From Mobula hypostoma (lineage: Eukaryota): a DNA stretch of 64,000 nucleotides. The position numbers and the translations under genes are program-made. The DNA lies in NCBI RefSeq assembly GCF_963921235.1, contig NC_086100.1:199580001-199644000 (forward strand), in the 5' to 3' direction. The stretch's first letter is position 1. Each line of letters begins with the position of its first letter. The notes under the pieces are model-generated. The model worked only from the letters and a program-made list of their open reading frames with translations. It was not told the origin of the DNA and did no database searches. Positions 49,359 through 62,350 of this stretch are shown here, piece after piece.

Positions 49359-50673
49359 TGTCATGGTCCAGTCCGTGAAGTCTGTATTCCAGTTCACGGT
49401 CCAGTCCATAGTTCCTTATTCCAGGGCTTCTGGTTTTCCCCAGTTTCTGTTGTAGGCACATGATTCTCGTTTTGGGGCTGAGACATAAATATCTCTGCAA
49501 ACCAGGGATTCCCTGCTGGACAGTTCTGTTCCCCTCCCTGTCTTTTCCCCCCTCGCCTGACTCTCTGCCTGCTCACCTAGCCTGGATACCCTGCCTGTAT
49601 CACTGAAGTTTTACCGCCGGAGCAAGACCGGAGCCTCGTTAGGTCAAGATAAGGAATTGCTTTTCATTGTGTGGAACTGTCTCTCTGTGTCCACGCCTTC
49701 GCTAGGTAGGTCCAGCCATTTGCCGCTACCTAGTGTTGGAAACTGTCTCTGTGTCCTCGCCTTCGCTAGCTGGGTCTGGCTGTTTGTCTCCACCTTGTGT
49801 TGGGATCTGTCTCTTCATGTTCAGTGTTTTGTGTATGAGTCCTGGCCCTACGTCCTGTTCCCAAGGAGGGGTCCCGGCTCTGCGTTCCATGCTCCCATCC
49901 CTTCTAGTCCAAGGCTCTGTGCTCCCATCTCTTCTAGTCCAAGGCTCCGTGCTGCTGAATGCCCTCATCCAGTCCGTGCCTAGTTCAGTCCTATCTGAGT
50001 CCTGTCCATGTGCCTTTACCAGTCCTTGCGTCTCGCCCCACCCAGGAGTTCCTCACCCAAGCCATGTCCAGTCCTGTAGCCTCATCTGGTCCTCGCCTAG
50101 CTCTGGAGTCTGAGCCTGAGTCAAGTCCTAGGTTCTGGGTCCTTGTCCAGTTTCTGGCTCGGAGTCCATACCCAAGCCTCGAAGTACCCAAGCCTCAAGC
50201 CCCCAAGCCTCAAGCCTCAAGCCTCAAGCCTCAAGCCTCAAGCCCCAAGACCCCAAGACTCCAAGACCCCAAGACTCCAAGACCCCAAGACCCCAAGACC
50301 CCAAGACCCCAAGACCCCAAGACCCCAAGCCTCAAGCCTCAAGCCTCAAGCCTCAAGCCTCAAGCCTCAAGACCCCAAGACCCCAAGCCTGTCTCCAGGC
50401 CTCAAGCCTCAAGATCCCAGCCTCCAAAGTCCTGCAGTTATGTCATGTCCTTGCCTGGTTCTGGGGCCCGAGCCTCAGGCAAGACCCAGGCTCCTAGTTC
50501 ATAGTTCCTTGTCCGGTTTCCCTGTCTTATCCATGTCCTAGCCCAAGTCCGCGTTCCTGTCCCTGGCTCCAGGTCTGTATCCTGTCACGTCCATACTCTA
50601 GTCAAGTCTTGTTCCTTGTACTTCAGTGTCTGTGTCTTGCATTTGGGTCCATTCCCAATACCCCATTGTGACA
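49359..50673. mobile_element. Long solo LTR (1315 bp) with an internal 7/8-mer minisatellite
   Basis: tgtca...tgaca termini and a 5-bp TSD cacgt/catgt (one CpG-type change). It splits a minus-strand CR1 whose sequence resumes at 50679. Confidence 0.8.
50185..50425. repeat. Compound minisatellite (cctcaag)n-(ccccaaga)n-(cctcaag)n
   Basis: Tandem units visible directly. Confidence 0.95.
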
Positions 50674-51484
50674 CATGTTCCCCTTAAACTTCTCATCTTT
50701 CACCCTTAAGCCATGACCTCTGGTTGTAGTCCCACCAAACATCAGTGGAAAATGCCTGCTTGCATTTACCCTGTCTATACCGCGCATAATTTTGTGTACC
50801 TCTATCAAATCTCCTCTCAATCCTCTATGTTCAAAAGAATACAGTCTGAACCTATTCAGTCCTTTCTTATAACTCAGGTTCTCCAGATCCAGCAACATCC
50901 ATATAAAATTTATCTGCACTCTTTCAGCTTTGCTTACATCTTTCCTCCAGGTAGGTGACCGAAACTGCACACAATACTCCAAAATAGGCCTTGCCAACAT
51001 CTTATACAACTTCAACATAACATCCCATCTCCTGTTCTCAATACATTGATTTATAAAAGCCAATGTGCCAAAAACTTTTGTTTCAACTTTTGTGACACCA
51101 TTTTCAACTAATTATGGACCTGTATTCCCAGATCCCTTTGTTCTACCACACGCCTCAGTGCCCGATCATTTACTGTGTAAGACCTACCCTGGTTGGTCCT
51201 ACAGAAGTATAACACTTTGCACTTGTCTGCATTAAATTCCATTTGCCATTTTTCCAGCTGGTCCAGATCCCTCTGCACCCTCCATCTTGGTGTCATCTGC
51301 AAATTTGCTGATCCAGTTAACTACATTCTCATCTAGATCAGTGATCTAGATAACAAACAGCAAAGGACCCAGCACAATCCCTGCAGCACTCCACTAGCCA
51401 CAGGCCTCCAATCAGAGACGCAACAATCTACGACCACTCTCTGGCTTCTCCAACAAAAGCCAATGTCTAATCCAATTTAATATC

Positions 51485-54400
51485 GGGTGCAGAGCATTCT
51501 GAAAGGAGAGGGTGATCATCCAGAAGTCTTGGTACACGTTGGTACCAATGACAGAGGTAAAAAAAAGGAGGAGGTCCTGAAGAGAGAATTCGGGGAGTTA
51601 GGTAGGAAGCTGAAAAGCAGGATCTCCAGGGTAGTAATCTCAGGATTGCTGCCTGTGCCACGTGCTAGCGAGCGCAAGAATAGCATGATCAGGCATATTA
51701 ATGTGTGGCTGAGAGACTCACTGGGGCCTCTTCTGCGGGTGGTAAGATCTGTACAAAAAGGATGGGTTACACCTGAACCCGAAGGTGCAATATCCTAACA
51801 GGCAGGTTTAATGGAGCTGTTAAGGAGGGTTTAAACTAATTTGGCAGGGGGATAGGAACTGGAGTGATAGGGCTGAGGAAGGGGAAAACAGAAATAAATC
51901 AAAGATAGCGTGCAACAGAGATGATAGAAAAAACGGGCAGGAGATGAGTCATAATCACAGCCAGTGGGATGAGTTACAGGACAATAGAGGCATGGTGCAG
52001 TTAAAACAGAAAGCAACAAATACTGGACTGAAAGGGTTACACAGCATAAGTAATAAAATAGGCGATTTTGAAATTCAGCCACAGATTGGCAAGTATGACG
52101 TTGTGGCCATCTCTGAAACTTGGCTAAAGGACGGCTGCCATTGGGAGCTGAATGTCCAAGGATATACGGAGTATCGGAAAAATGGGTCAGTAGGCAGAGG
52201 GGGTGGTGTGGCCCTGTGTATGAGAAATAATATTAAATCATCAGAAAGGGATGACATAGGATTGGAAGGTGTAGAGTCTCTATGGGTTGAGTTGAGAAAT
52301 GGCAAAGGTAAAAAGACCCTAATGGCAGTTGTACACAGGCAGCCGGGATGTGGATTACAAATTACGCAGGAGATAGAAAAGGCATGTCAGAAAGGCAATG
52401 TCATGATAATTGTTGGAGACTTTAACATGAAAGTGGATTGGGAGGACCAGGTCAGTACTGGACCTCAAGAGAGAGAACTTGTAGAATGTCTAAGGGATGG
52501 CTTTTTAGAACAGGTTGTTGTTGAGCCCACTATGGGGATCAGCTGTGCTGGATTGGGTGTTGTGCAATGATCTGGAGGTGATAAGAGAGCTTAAGGTTAA
52601 GAAACCCTTCAGGAACAGTGATCACAATATGACTGAGTTCACTTTGAAATTTGAGAAGGAGAAACTAAATAGCAATGTGTCGGTATTTCAGTGGAATAAA
52701 TGAAGTTATGGCATGAGAGGGGAACTGGCCGAATTTGACTGGAAAGGGACACTGGCAGGAAGGACAGCAGAGCAACAATGGCAAAAGTTTCTGCAAAAAA
52801 TGAGGGAAGTGAAAACCAGATATATTCCAAATAAGAAGAAATTTTCGAATGAAAGAAGGACACTACCATGGCTGACAAGTGAAGCCAGAGCCAAAGTGAA
52901 AACAAAAGAGAGGGCTTAGAAGGAAGCCAATACAGTATAGGAAGATAGAGGATTGAGAAGTTTTTAAAAACTTGCAGAAGGAAAGCAGAGCAGACCCGAT
53001 GGGCCGAATGGCCAACTTCTGCTCCTTTGTCTTATGGTCTTGTCTTATGAAAAGTAAGAAAGTCATTAGGAAGGAAAAGATGAATTATGAAAGGAAGCTG
53101 GCGATTAACATCAAAAAAGATACGAAAAGCTTTTTTAAGTGGAATTGAAAATACATTTGGACTAAGATGTTAACTGTCCTGTGCTATCACCAGTGGGATC
53201 ATCAGTTATTCTGCCACCTGTCTTCAGGAGTTTTGGCCCGCTTATGATCAAGACTCCCTCGAGGTGGTGGGCCAGCAGTGCTAAAGCACCACCTCCCACC
53301 AGTGAGCTTAAAAACTTGGCATCTGCCTCTATCAGAGTTGTTGGTCGCTTCCATCCAACAGAGTGTCTGCTCTTCAGGTGTCTATGCAACTATTGAAGGG
53401 TTTGCAAAAGAAGGATACATCGTCTGGCTATCTGCCCCTCTGGACATACTTGGTGCACACCCATGCTGATCCTGTCTCAGCTGCCTCAGCTACAGCCTGC
53501 TGGTTGACTTGATCTCTCTTCTAGTGAAGCCAAGGTCACGCAGCCACTTCTGGAAAGTGAATGCAATAAAGCCACGGCAACCTACTTGGAATGGATAGCA
53601 TGAGACCCTCCACCCTCTGTCTCTGCACTCTGATCTTAACTCTGCATATTTGGTTAACTTGCGCTCATGGGCTTCATCGATGTTGTCTTCCCAGAGGACT
53701 GTGAGTTCACCAATAACCACTTCTCTACTGGTGTCAGACCATACGATTATATCTGGACGCAATGTGGTGAACGCTATTTGCTCCAGGAAGCTGCCTTGCC
53801 CATCCAGATCGGCTTTGACACACCAATCATTGGCTGAAGAAAGTATGCTTGATCGTGGGCTTGCCCTGTACACCCTTGACTTAGAGATCTTCTTTCACAA
53901 ATGACTTGCAATGTTCTGTGCAGCATGGGGCATGAGATAAGTTGTGCTGCAGTACTCTCTGCTCAACCGCTTCTGTTACAACTTTGAGAACGTTGTTATG
54001 TCTCCAAGTGTACATGCCACTGGAAAGATTGACTCTGCATGCACTCAAAATATGTTGAGTATATAAAGGGTAAAAGAGAGTCGAGGGTAGATATAGGACC
54101 AATAGAAAATGACGCTGGAGATATTGTAATGAGAGATGCAGAGATGGTAGAAGAACTGAATGCGTATTTTGCATCAGTCTTCACAGTGGAAGACATCTGT
54201 AGTACACCGGACAAAGATAGGTGGAGGAGCGGGTAGTGTTGAGGAAACGGAGAGCCTGCAGAGAGACTTGGATAGTTTAGTGGAATGGGCAAAAAAGTGG
54301 CAAATGAAACACAATGTTGGAAACTGTATGGTCATGCACTTTGGTGGAAGAAACAAACAGGCAGACTATTATTTAGATGGGGAGAGAATGCAAAATGCAG

Positions 54401-54750
54401 AGATGCAAAGGAACTTGGGAGTCCTTGTGCAGGATACCCTCAGAGTAAACTCCAGGTTGAGTTGGTGATGAAGAAGGTGAATGCAATGTTGGCATTCATT
54501 TCTAGAGGTACAGAATATAAGAGCAGGGATGTGATGTTGAGGCTTTATAAGGCACTCGTGAGACCACACTTGGAATATTGTGTGCAGTTTTGGGCTCCTT
54601 ATTTTAGAAAGGATATACTGACATTGGAGAGGGTTCAGAGAAGGTTCAGGAGAATGATTCCAGGAATGAAAGGGTTACCGTATCAGGAATGTCTGGCAGC
54701 TCTTGGGCTATATTCCCTGGAGTTCAGGAGAATGAGGGGGGATCTCATAG
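51485..54750 (+). mobile_element. Old CR1 (ORF1 end and ORF2 with deletions), interrupted at 53141-54057
   Basis: 'VHVGTND', 'AISETWL', 'VGDFN' and 'RPHLEYCVQFWAP'. Confidence 0.8.
53141..54057 (-). mobile_element. HERO-like (R2-group) non-LTR retrotransposon 3' fragment with restriction-like endonuclease
   Basis: 'HILSAC...YTWRHNNVL' and 'LRPDIIVWS...VVIGELTVLWEDNIDEAHERKLTKY...PFQVGCRGF'. The host CR1 reads contiguously across the insert (ttttttaagt|atataaaggg). Confidence 0.85.
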
Positions 54751-55744
54751 ATCGCACTTTCAGTTTGTATGCCGACTGTATTTTTCTCAACGTCACCTCG
54801 TGGGTTTACGTTGTCCTTAGATTGATTATCTGTTGTGTCTAATTGTTTGTCTTTCTATTCGCCCAGGTTTTTCCCTTCGTTTTGCAGTTGGGGTCATGTG
54901 GATTGTTAAACTCTTTGTTCTTATCACTTTTATTCAATTGGGGATAAATTGCGTATTTAGCACAGCATTGTCAATGTCCGGAATTCCTACATGCGCCAGG
55001 GTGTATTTCAGAGGCAGGGAAACGTCTCTCTGCTGGGTCACTGTGGTTTCTTGTCAGGTCAAACTCAGACCCAGTTCTCTCTATGTATCGTCAGTGATTT
55101 CTGTCCATCGACATTCTGTATAGAGTGCTTGAGCTCCTGTTCGGTTTTCTGGTTAATTTCTGTGATAAATCTTTAGTTCTGTTTGAATTGCGGAAGTCTC
55201 TGTGGTTTCTGCACATGAATTGGCTAGTGATCCTGACAAGGGGATTGTCAATCCACAGCTGTGTGTGAGTTGGCAAATGCCGTACAATCCACATAAATGT
55301 CAGGTGTCACATTTTAGGAAATCGAACCAAGACTGGCCTTGAGCAGTGAATTGTAGAGCCCTGCGGAGTTGAATTGGAGTGCAAGTGCATGGTTTGCAGA
55401 CAATGGCATCACAGAAAGACAGGACAGTGGGGGTGTGTGGCCCCCTGGCCTTCACTGAGTGGAGGAGTTCTGTTGCAGTTATACAAGGCATTGGTGAGGC
55501 TGCATTGGGACTATTGTGCACAGTTTTAGTCACCCTGTATAGGAAAGATGGTATTACACTAGAAAACGTACAGAAAAGATTTACCAGGACGTTGCCAAAA
55601 TCTGGGGGCCTGAGTTACAAGGAGAGGTTGTATAGACAAGGACTTTATTTTCAGGGATGTAGGCCATTGAGAGGTGACCTGAATGAGGTAAATGAGATCA
55701 GAAGGGACGTAGACAGGGGAAAGCACATGTTTTCCCAAGGGAGG

Positions 55745-56243
55745 GAGTCTGTGGTGGCCAGTGCTATCATGTTTGCTGTTGTGTGCTGGGGCAGCAGGCT
55801 GAGGGTAGCAGACACCAACAAAATCAACAAGCTTATTCGAAAGGCCAGTGATGTTGTGGGGATGGAACTGGACTCTCTCACGGTGGTGTCTGAAAAGAGG
55901 ATGCTGTCTAGGTTGCGTGCCATCTTGGACAATGTCTCCCATGGATAATGTACTGGGTGGGCACATGAGTACATTCAGCCAGAGACTCATTCCACCGAGA
56001 TGCAACACAGAGCGTCATAGGAAGTCATTCCTGCCTGTGGCCATCAAACCTTACAACTCCTCCCTTGGAGGGTCAGACACCCTGAGCCGATAGGCTGGTC
56101 CTGGACTTATTTCATAATTTACTGACATAATTTACATATTACTATTTAATTATTTATGGTTCTATTACTATTTATTATTTATGGTGCAACTGTAACGAAA
56201 ACCAATTTCCCCGTGGGATCAATAAAGTATGACTATGACTATA
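55745..56243 (+). mobile_element. Rex1-like LINE 3' fragment (different subfamily), present only in the first duplicate copy
   Basis: 'ESVVASAIMFAVVCWGS...NKLIRKA...RKSFLPVAI' with an aataaa-(tatgac)n tail. Confidence 0.8.
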
Positions 56244-56448
56244 ACTATTTAAAACACTCGGCCAGCGCAGTCGGCATGGATCAGATGGGCCAAACGGCCT
56301 CTCTCCATGCTGGATGTCACCAGAGACTCTGGAAGATCAATGCGGCAGAACATAGTGACAACAACTTCAGGGAGCTGGGACAGATGCATCTCTGACATTT
56401 TTAACTACACCATCAGGAAGAAATTCTCCAACATTTCTCTCCACTTAC

Positions 56449-56532
56449 CACTGGGGGTTGGCGAGGTTTGCACGGTGGGAACTTGACGAGTCCCCAAAGA
56501 TCTCTGAAGAGCTGGAACTAGTCTCGGATGAT
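56449..56532 (-). CDS. Candidate ApoL upstream exon (84 bp, symmetric phase 2-2), copy 1
   Basis: Acceptor cttcattgccacag and donor tg|gtaagt. Encodes SSETSSSSSEIFGDSSSSHRANLANPQ. Confidence 0.5.
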
Positions 56533-56569
56533 CTGTGGCAATGAAGATTCTCTGGTTCAGTGACGATTC

Positions 56570-56965
56570 ACACACACGCAGACACAGACACAGACAGACA
56601 CAATGAGAGACATGCACAGAAAGAGAGAGAGTGACAGAGACACACACACAAATGACAAGACCCACAGACATGTCACACACTCACAGACACACACCCAAAG
56701 ACACGCACACATAAACACCGAGAGACACAAAGAGAGAACACAGCCATACACACAGACTCACACACAAACACAGACACACACAGACAGACAATATCTACAA
56801 CACACACCCCCCACACACAGACAATACCCTACCACACAGACACACACATACAGACAATACTGTATGACATACACACAAATACAGACACACAGACCCACAG
56901 ACACACAATACACAAACACAGTGAGTGACAGACAGACAGACACACACACACACACACACACACAA
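56570..56965. repeat. Degenerate (CA)n/(CAGA)n microsatellite
   Basis: Visible directly; the paralogous tract is at 61370-61720. Confidence 0.9.
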
Positions 56966-57301
56966 TACTCACGACAAACAAGAGAAAAGCAGCAGATGCT
57001 GGAAATCTGACCAGCACACACAATGCTGGAGGAACTCAACAAGTCAGGCAGCATTTATGGAGAAAGGATTCGATTTTTTTGGGCCAAGACCCTTCAGCAG
57101 GACTGGAGAACAAAGATGAGGAGTCAGAGTTAAAAGCTGGGGGGAGTGGAGAGGGGAGACAGAAACACAAGGTGATGGTTGAAACCGGGAGGGGGAGGGA
57201 CCCTCACACACACTCAGTTCTGTCCCTCCCAGCAGCAGATTCCACCAGCTCCCCCGTCAATCCCCTTCATGCTCTCAGTCTCCGGTGAGCTGCAGCCTCA
57301 C

Positions 57302-57336
57302 GGATTCGCCCTTCCCTGATGGGACAACTCTCCCAT
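57302..57336 (-). CDS. Candidate first coding segment (MGELSHQGRAN), copy 1
   Basis: Strong Kozak context ggaATGG and phase-2 donor cc|gtgagg. Confidence 0.3.
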
Positions 57337-57593
57337 TCCGAGCTTCGGTCGAGCAACCCATCCCCAGTGTGTGACAGAGACAGGCTCCTCCTTCCTGGGC
57401 CGAGAACTCCACACGTGTGGCCCCACCGGTGCTGGGGGGAGGAGGTCTGTACACGAAGAGCTCCCACCCAGCTGGGACTTGGGGGTAGGGGCTTGGGAAA
57501 GTGGAGGGTGGTGGGGTAGGGGGAGAACCAGTGGACAGGGAAAGGAGGTCTGGAGGAAGGGGGAGGGGAGGGTATGGAAAGAGTGCAGAAAAG

Positions 57594-60500
57594 ATCAGAA
57601 TCAGAATCAGGTTTATTATCACCGGAATGTGACATGAAATTTGTTAACTGAGCAGCAGCAGTTCATTGCAAAACATAATATAGAAGAGAAAAAAAACAAA
57701 GTAAATCAATTACAGTTTACGTATATTGAATAGATTTTTTAAAATAACATGCAAAAACAGAAATACTGTATATTAAAAAAGTGAGGTCGTGTCCAAAGAT
57801 TGAATGTCCATTTAGGAATCAGATGGCAGAGGGGAAGAAGCTGTTCCTGAATCACTGAGTGTGTGCCTTCAGGCTTCTGTATCTCCTACCTGATGGTATC
57901 AGTGAGAAAAGGGTATTCCCTGGGTGCTGGAGGTCCTTAATAATGGACTCTGCCTTTGTGAGACACCACTCCCTGAAGATGTCCTGGGTACTTTGTAGGC
58001 TAGTACCCAAGATGGAGCTGTCCAGATTTACAACCCTCTGCAGCTTCTTTCGGTCCTGTGCAGTAGACACCCCCCCCAACCATACCATACCGGGTGCAGC
58101 CTGTCAGATGCTCTCCACGATACATCATTAAAAGTTTTTGAATCTATTTGTTGACATGCAAAATCTCTTCAAACTCCTAATGAAGTATAGCCACTGTCTT
58201 GCCTTCTTTATAACTACATCGATATGTTGGGATCAGGTTAGATCCTCAGTGATCCTGACACCCAGGAACTTGAAGCTGCTCACTCTCTCCACTTCTGATC
58301 CCTCTATGAGGATTGGTGTGTGTTCCTTCATCTTACCCTTCCTGAAGTCCACAATCAGCTCTTCCGTCTTACTGAGGTTCAGTTCCAGGTTGTTGCTGCC
58401 ACACCATGCACTAGTTGGCATACGTCACTCCTGTGTGCCCTCTCCTCACCACCTGAGATACTACCAACGATGGTTGTATCATCAGCAAATTTATAGATAA
58501 TATTTGAGCCATGCTTAGCCACACAGTCGTGAGTGTAGAGAGAGTAGAGCAGTGGGCTAAGCACACACCCCGGAGGTGCACCAGTGCTGATCGTCAGCGA
58601 GGAGGAGATGTTATCACCAATCCACACAGATTGTGGTCTCCCCGTTATGAAGTCGAGGATCCAATTGCAGAATGATGTAGAGAGGCCCAGGTTCTGTAAC
58701 TTCTTAATTAGGATTGTGCGAATGATCGTATTAAATTATGAGCTATAGTGGATGAACAGCATGATGTAGGTGTTTGTGTTATCCAGGTGGTCTAAAGCTG
58801 TGTGAAGAGCCAATGAGATTGCATCTACTGTTGGCCTATTGTGGCGATAGGCAAATTGCAGTGGGTCCAGGTCCTTGCTGAGGCAGGAGTTCAGTCTAGT
58901 CCTGACCAACCTCTCAGAGCATTTCATCACTGTCGATGTGAGTGCTACTGGGTGATAGTCATTAAGACAGCCCACATTATTCTTCTTAGGCACTGACATA
59001 ATTGTTACCTTTTGAAGTGGGTACTTCTCCCCATAACAGTGAGAGGTTGAAAATGTCCTTGAATACTCCTGCCAGTTGGTTGGCACAGGTTTTCAGAACC
59101 TTACCAGGTATTCCATCAGGACCTTCCGCCTTGCGAGGGCTCACTCTCTTTAAAGACAGTCTAACATCAGCCTCTGAGACAGAGATCACTGGGTTATCAG
59201 GGGCAGCAGGGATCTTCACAGCTGTAGTTGTGTTCTCCCTTTCAAAGTGTGCATAGAAGGCGTTAAGTTCATCTGGTAGTGAAGCATCACTGCCATTCAT
59301 GCTATTGGGTTTTGCTTTGTAGGAAGTAATGTCTTGCAAACCCTTCCAGAGTTGCCGTGCATCCGATGTTGCCTCCAACCTCATCCAAAATTGTCGCTTC
59401 GCCTTTGAAATAACTCTGCACAAATCATACCTGGTTTTCTGGTACAGGCCTGGGTTGCCAGACTTGAATGCCACAGATCCAGCCTTCAGCAGACGACGTA
59501 CCTCCTGGTTCATCCATGACTTTTGGTTTGGGAATGTACAGTAAGTCTTTGTGGGCACACACTCATCCACACAGGTTTTAATGAAGTTGGTAACAACTGC
59601 AGCATACTCATCTGGATTCAAAGATGAATCCCTGAATACAGTCCAGTCCACCGATTCAAAGCAGTCCTGTAGGTGATCCTGTGCTTCCCTTGTCCATACC
59701 TTCCTGGTCCTCACTACTGGTGCTACAGTCTTCAGTCTCTGGCTATACTCGGGGAGTAGAAGTACAGCCAGGTGATCAGACTTCCCGAAGTGAGGGCGTG
59801 GAATCGCACAGCAGGCATTCTTGATGGTGGTGTAGCAATGGTCCAGTGTGTTGTTTCCTCTGGTTTTGCAAGTGATCTGTTGATGGTATTTCCTTAGTGA
59901 TTTTTTTCAGACTGGCCTGGTTAAAATCCCCCAAAACGATGGTGAAGGCGTTAGGGCGCGCTGTTTCGTGCATGTTGATCCCATTGCTCAGATCATCTAA
60001 AGCCTGATTGATATTGCCTGAGATTGAATGTAAACTGCTACCAAATGATCCTAGAGAACTCCCTTGGTAGGGAAAAAGGACGGCACTTTACTGCTAGATA
60101 TTCCAGGTCTGGTGAGCAGAATTGTGACAGCACTGATATATTTGTGCACCAAGAAGAGCTGACCCTGAGGCATACTCCTCCACCTCTGCTTTTGAGAGAC
60201 TCTGTAGATCTATCCTGACGGTGCATAGTAAACCCGTAGATCTGAATCACTGCATCCGGTACGGAAGGGGTTAACCAGGATTCCCTGACACAAAGGACAC
60301 ACGCGGTCCTCACGTCCCTCTGATTCAGCACCCTGGCTCTGAGATCATCGATTTTATTCACCAGAGACTGCACGTTCGCCAGCAAGATCGTCGGTATACG
60401 GAGTTTAAATCCCCGTTTCCTCAAACGCACTTGTAACCCGGCTCTGCACTTGCGCTTCCTCCGTGGTGTCCTACGTGGGCACTTCTGATCACAATCGGTG

Positions 60501-60660
60501 TTGTTTCCATCGGTTTTGAGCAGCGATAGTTCCTTTAAACACATCGAGACATCTTTGTCGACTGTACTGTCCTTGGAAGCAGTTGTGTTTTTTAGCTGTA
60601 CCGTATCAGGCTGAAACGGGAATATTTAATCGTATCCATTGAGAATTCGCCGAGAAGCCC
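57594..60660 (-). mobile_element. Near full-length Rex1/Babar-like LINE (APE and RT), disrupted
   Basis: 'LLANVQSLVNKIDDL', 'ESWL', 'LGDFNQ', 'KAEGPDGIPG', 'DPLQFAY' and 'YKFADDT', with an (attctg)n tail at 57594-57610. Confidence 0.92.
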
Positions 60661-61244
60661 CGGAAGATTTACCAGGATGTTGCCTGCACCAGGGACCAGG
60701 GGGCCTGAGTTACAAGGGGAGGTTGTGTGGAAAGGATTTTATTTCTGGAACGTAGGTAATTGAGGGGAGACCTGAATGAAGTAAATGAATCAGAAGGGAC
60801 ATAGACAGGGAATGCACATACTTTCCTGTCGGAGGGAGTGTTTAAAACAAAAAGACACAGGTTTGAGATCAGAGGGGAGAGATTTAAAAGGGTCATCGGG
60901 TCAGCTTCTTCACACAGAGAGTGTCGAATATTTGGAATGAGCTGCCAGATACAGTAGTTGAGACGGGCACTTCAGCAACATTTAAAAGCCATCTAGATAT
61001 GTACATGTATTGGAGAGGTTCAGAGGGCTATGGGCCAAGTACAGGCAGATGAGACCAGCACAGTCAGCATGGATCAGATGGGCCGAACGGCCTTTCTCCC
61101 TGCTGGATTTCGCCAGTGACTCTGGAAGATCAATGGACGGTAGAACATAGTGACAACAACTTCAGGGAGCTGGGACAGATGTGTCTCTGACACTTTTTAC
61201 TACACCATCAGGAAGGAATTCTCCAAGATTTCTCGTCCACTTAC

Positions 61245-61328
61245 CGCTGGTAGTTGGTGAGGTTCGCACGGTGGGAACGTGACGAGTCCCCAAAGATTGC
61301 CGAGGAGCAGGAACTGGTCTCGGATGAT
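61245..61328 (-). CDS. Candidate ApoL upstream exon (84 bp), copy 2
   Basis: Splice sites and length match copy 1. Open frame SSETSSCSSAIFGDSSRSHRANLTNYQ. Confidence 0.45.
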
Positions 61329-61363
61329 CTGTGGCAATGAAGATTCTCTGGTTCAGTGATGAT

Positions 61364-61408
<45 letters not shown>

Positions 61409-61673
61409 CACATAAGAACATAAGAAATAGGGGCAGGAGTCGGCCATCTGGCCCGTCAAGCCTGCTCCGCCATCCAATAAGATCCCGGCTGATCTGACCA
61501 CGGACTCATCTCCACCCACCTGCCTTTTCCCCATAACCCGTTATTTCCCTACTATGCAAAAATCAATCCAACCTTGTCTTAAATATATTTACTGAGGTAG
61601 CCGCCACTGCTTCATTTGGCAGAGGGACTCGGACACAAACACAGATAGAGCGAGACAGACAGACAGACAGACA

Positions 61674-61721
<48 letters not shown>

Positions 61722-62058
61722 ATACTCACGACAAACAAGAGAAAAACAGCAGATGCTGGAAATCTGACCAGCACACACAATGCTGGAGGAACTCAACAAG
61801 TCAGGCAGCATTTATGGAGAAAGGATTCGATTTTTTTGGGCCAAGACCCTTCAGCAGGACTGGAGAACAAAGATGAGGAGTCAGAGTTAAAAGCTGGGGG
61901 GAGTGGAGAGGGGAGACAGAAACACAAGGTGATGGTTGAAACCGGGAGGAGAAGGGACCCTCACACACACTCAGTTCTGTCCCTCCCAGCAGCAGATTCC
62001 ACCAGCTCCCCCGTCAATCCCCTTCATGCTCTCGGTCTCCGGTGAGCTGCAGCCTCAC

Positions 62059-62093
62059 CGATTCGCCCTTCCCTGATGGGACAACTCTCCCAT
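62059..62093 (-). CDS. Candidate first coding segment, copy 2
   Basis: ggaATGG start and cg|gtgagg donor. Confidence 0.3.
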
Positions 62094-62350
62094 TCCGAGC
62101 TTCGGTCGAGCGACCCATTCCCAGTGTGTGACAGAGACAGGCTCCTCCTTCCTGGGCCGAGAACTCCACACGTGTGGCCCCACCGGTGCTGGGGAGAGGA
62201 GGTCTGTACACGAAGAGCTCCCACCCAGCTAGGACTTGGGGGTAGGGGCTTGGGAAAGTGGAGGGTGGTTGGGTAGGGGGAGAACCAGTGGACAGGGAAA
62301 GGAGGTCTGGAGGAAGGGGGAGGGGAGGGTATGGAAAGAGTGCGGAAAAG

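Larger units (their letters stand above)
49130..51480 (-). mobile_element. CR1 3' portion interrupted by the solo LTR
   Basis: 'AFINQCIE...LEYCVQF' (ORF 50623-51063) and 'KFADDTK'. Confidence 0.85.

Noticed and set aside
49959..50541. PQDPKT/LKPQAS repeat ORFs
   Set aside because: Translations of the 7/8-mer minisatellite inside a solo LTR.
54750..55290. AT-rich minus-strand stretch with weak resemblance to a Penelope N-terminus (ENWV...)
   Set aside because: Too degraded to support a call without a search.
56405..57054. Cys/Val-rich and Thr/His-rich ORFs
   Set aside because: Translations of the (CA)n/(TG)n microsatellite.
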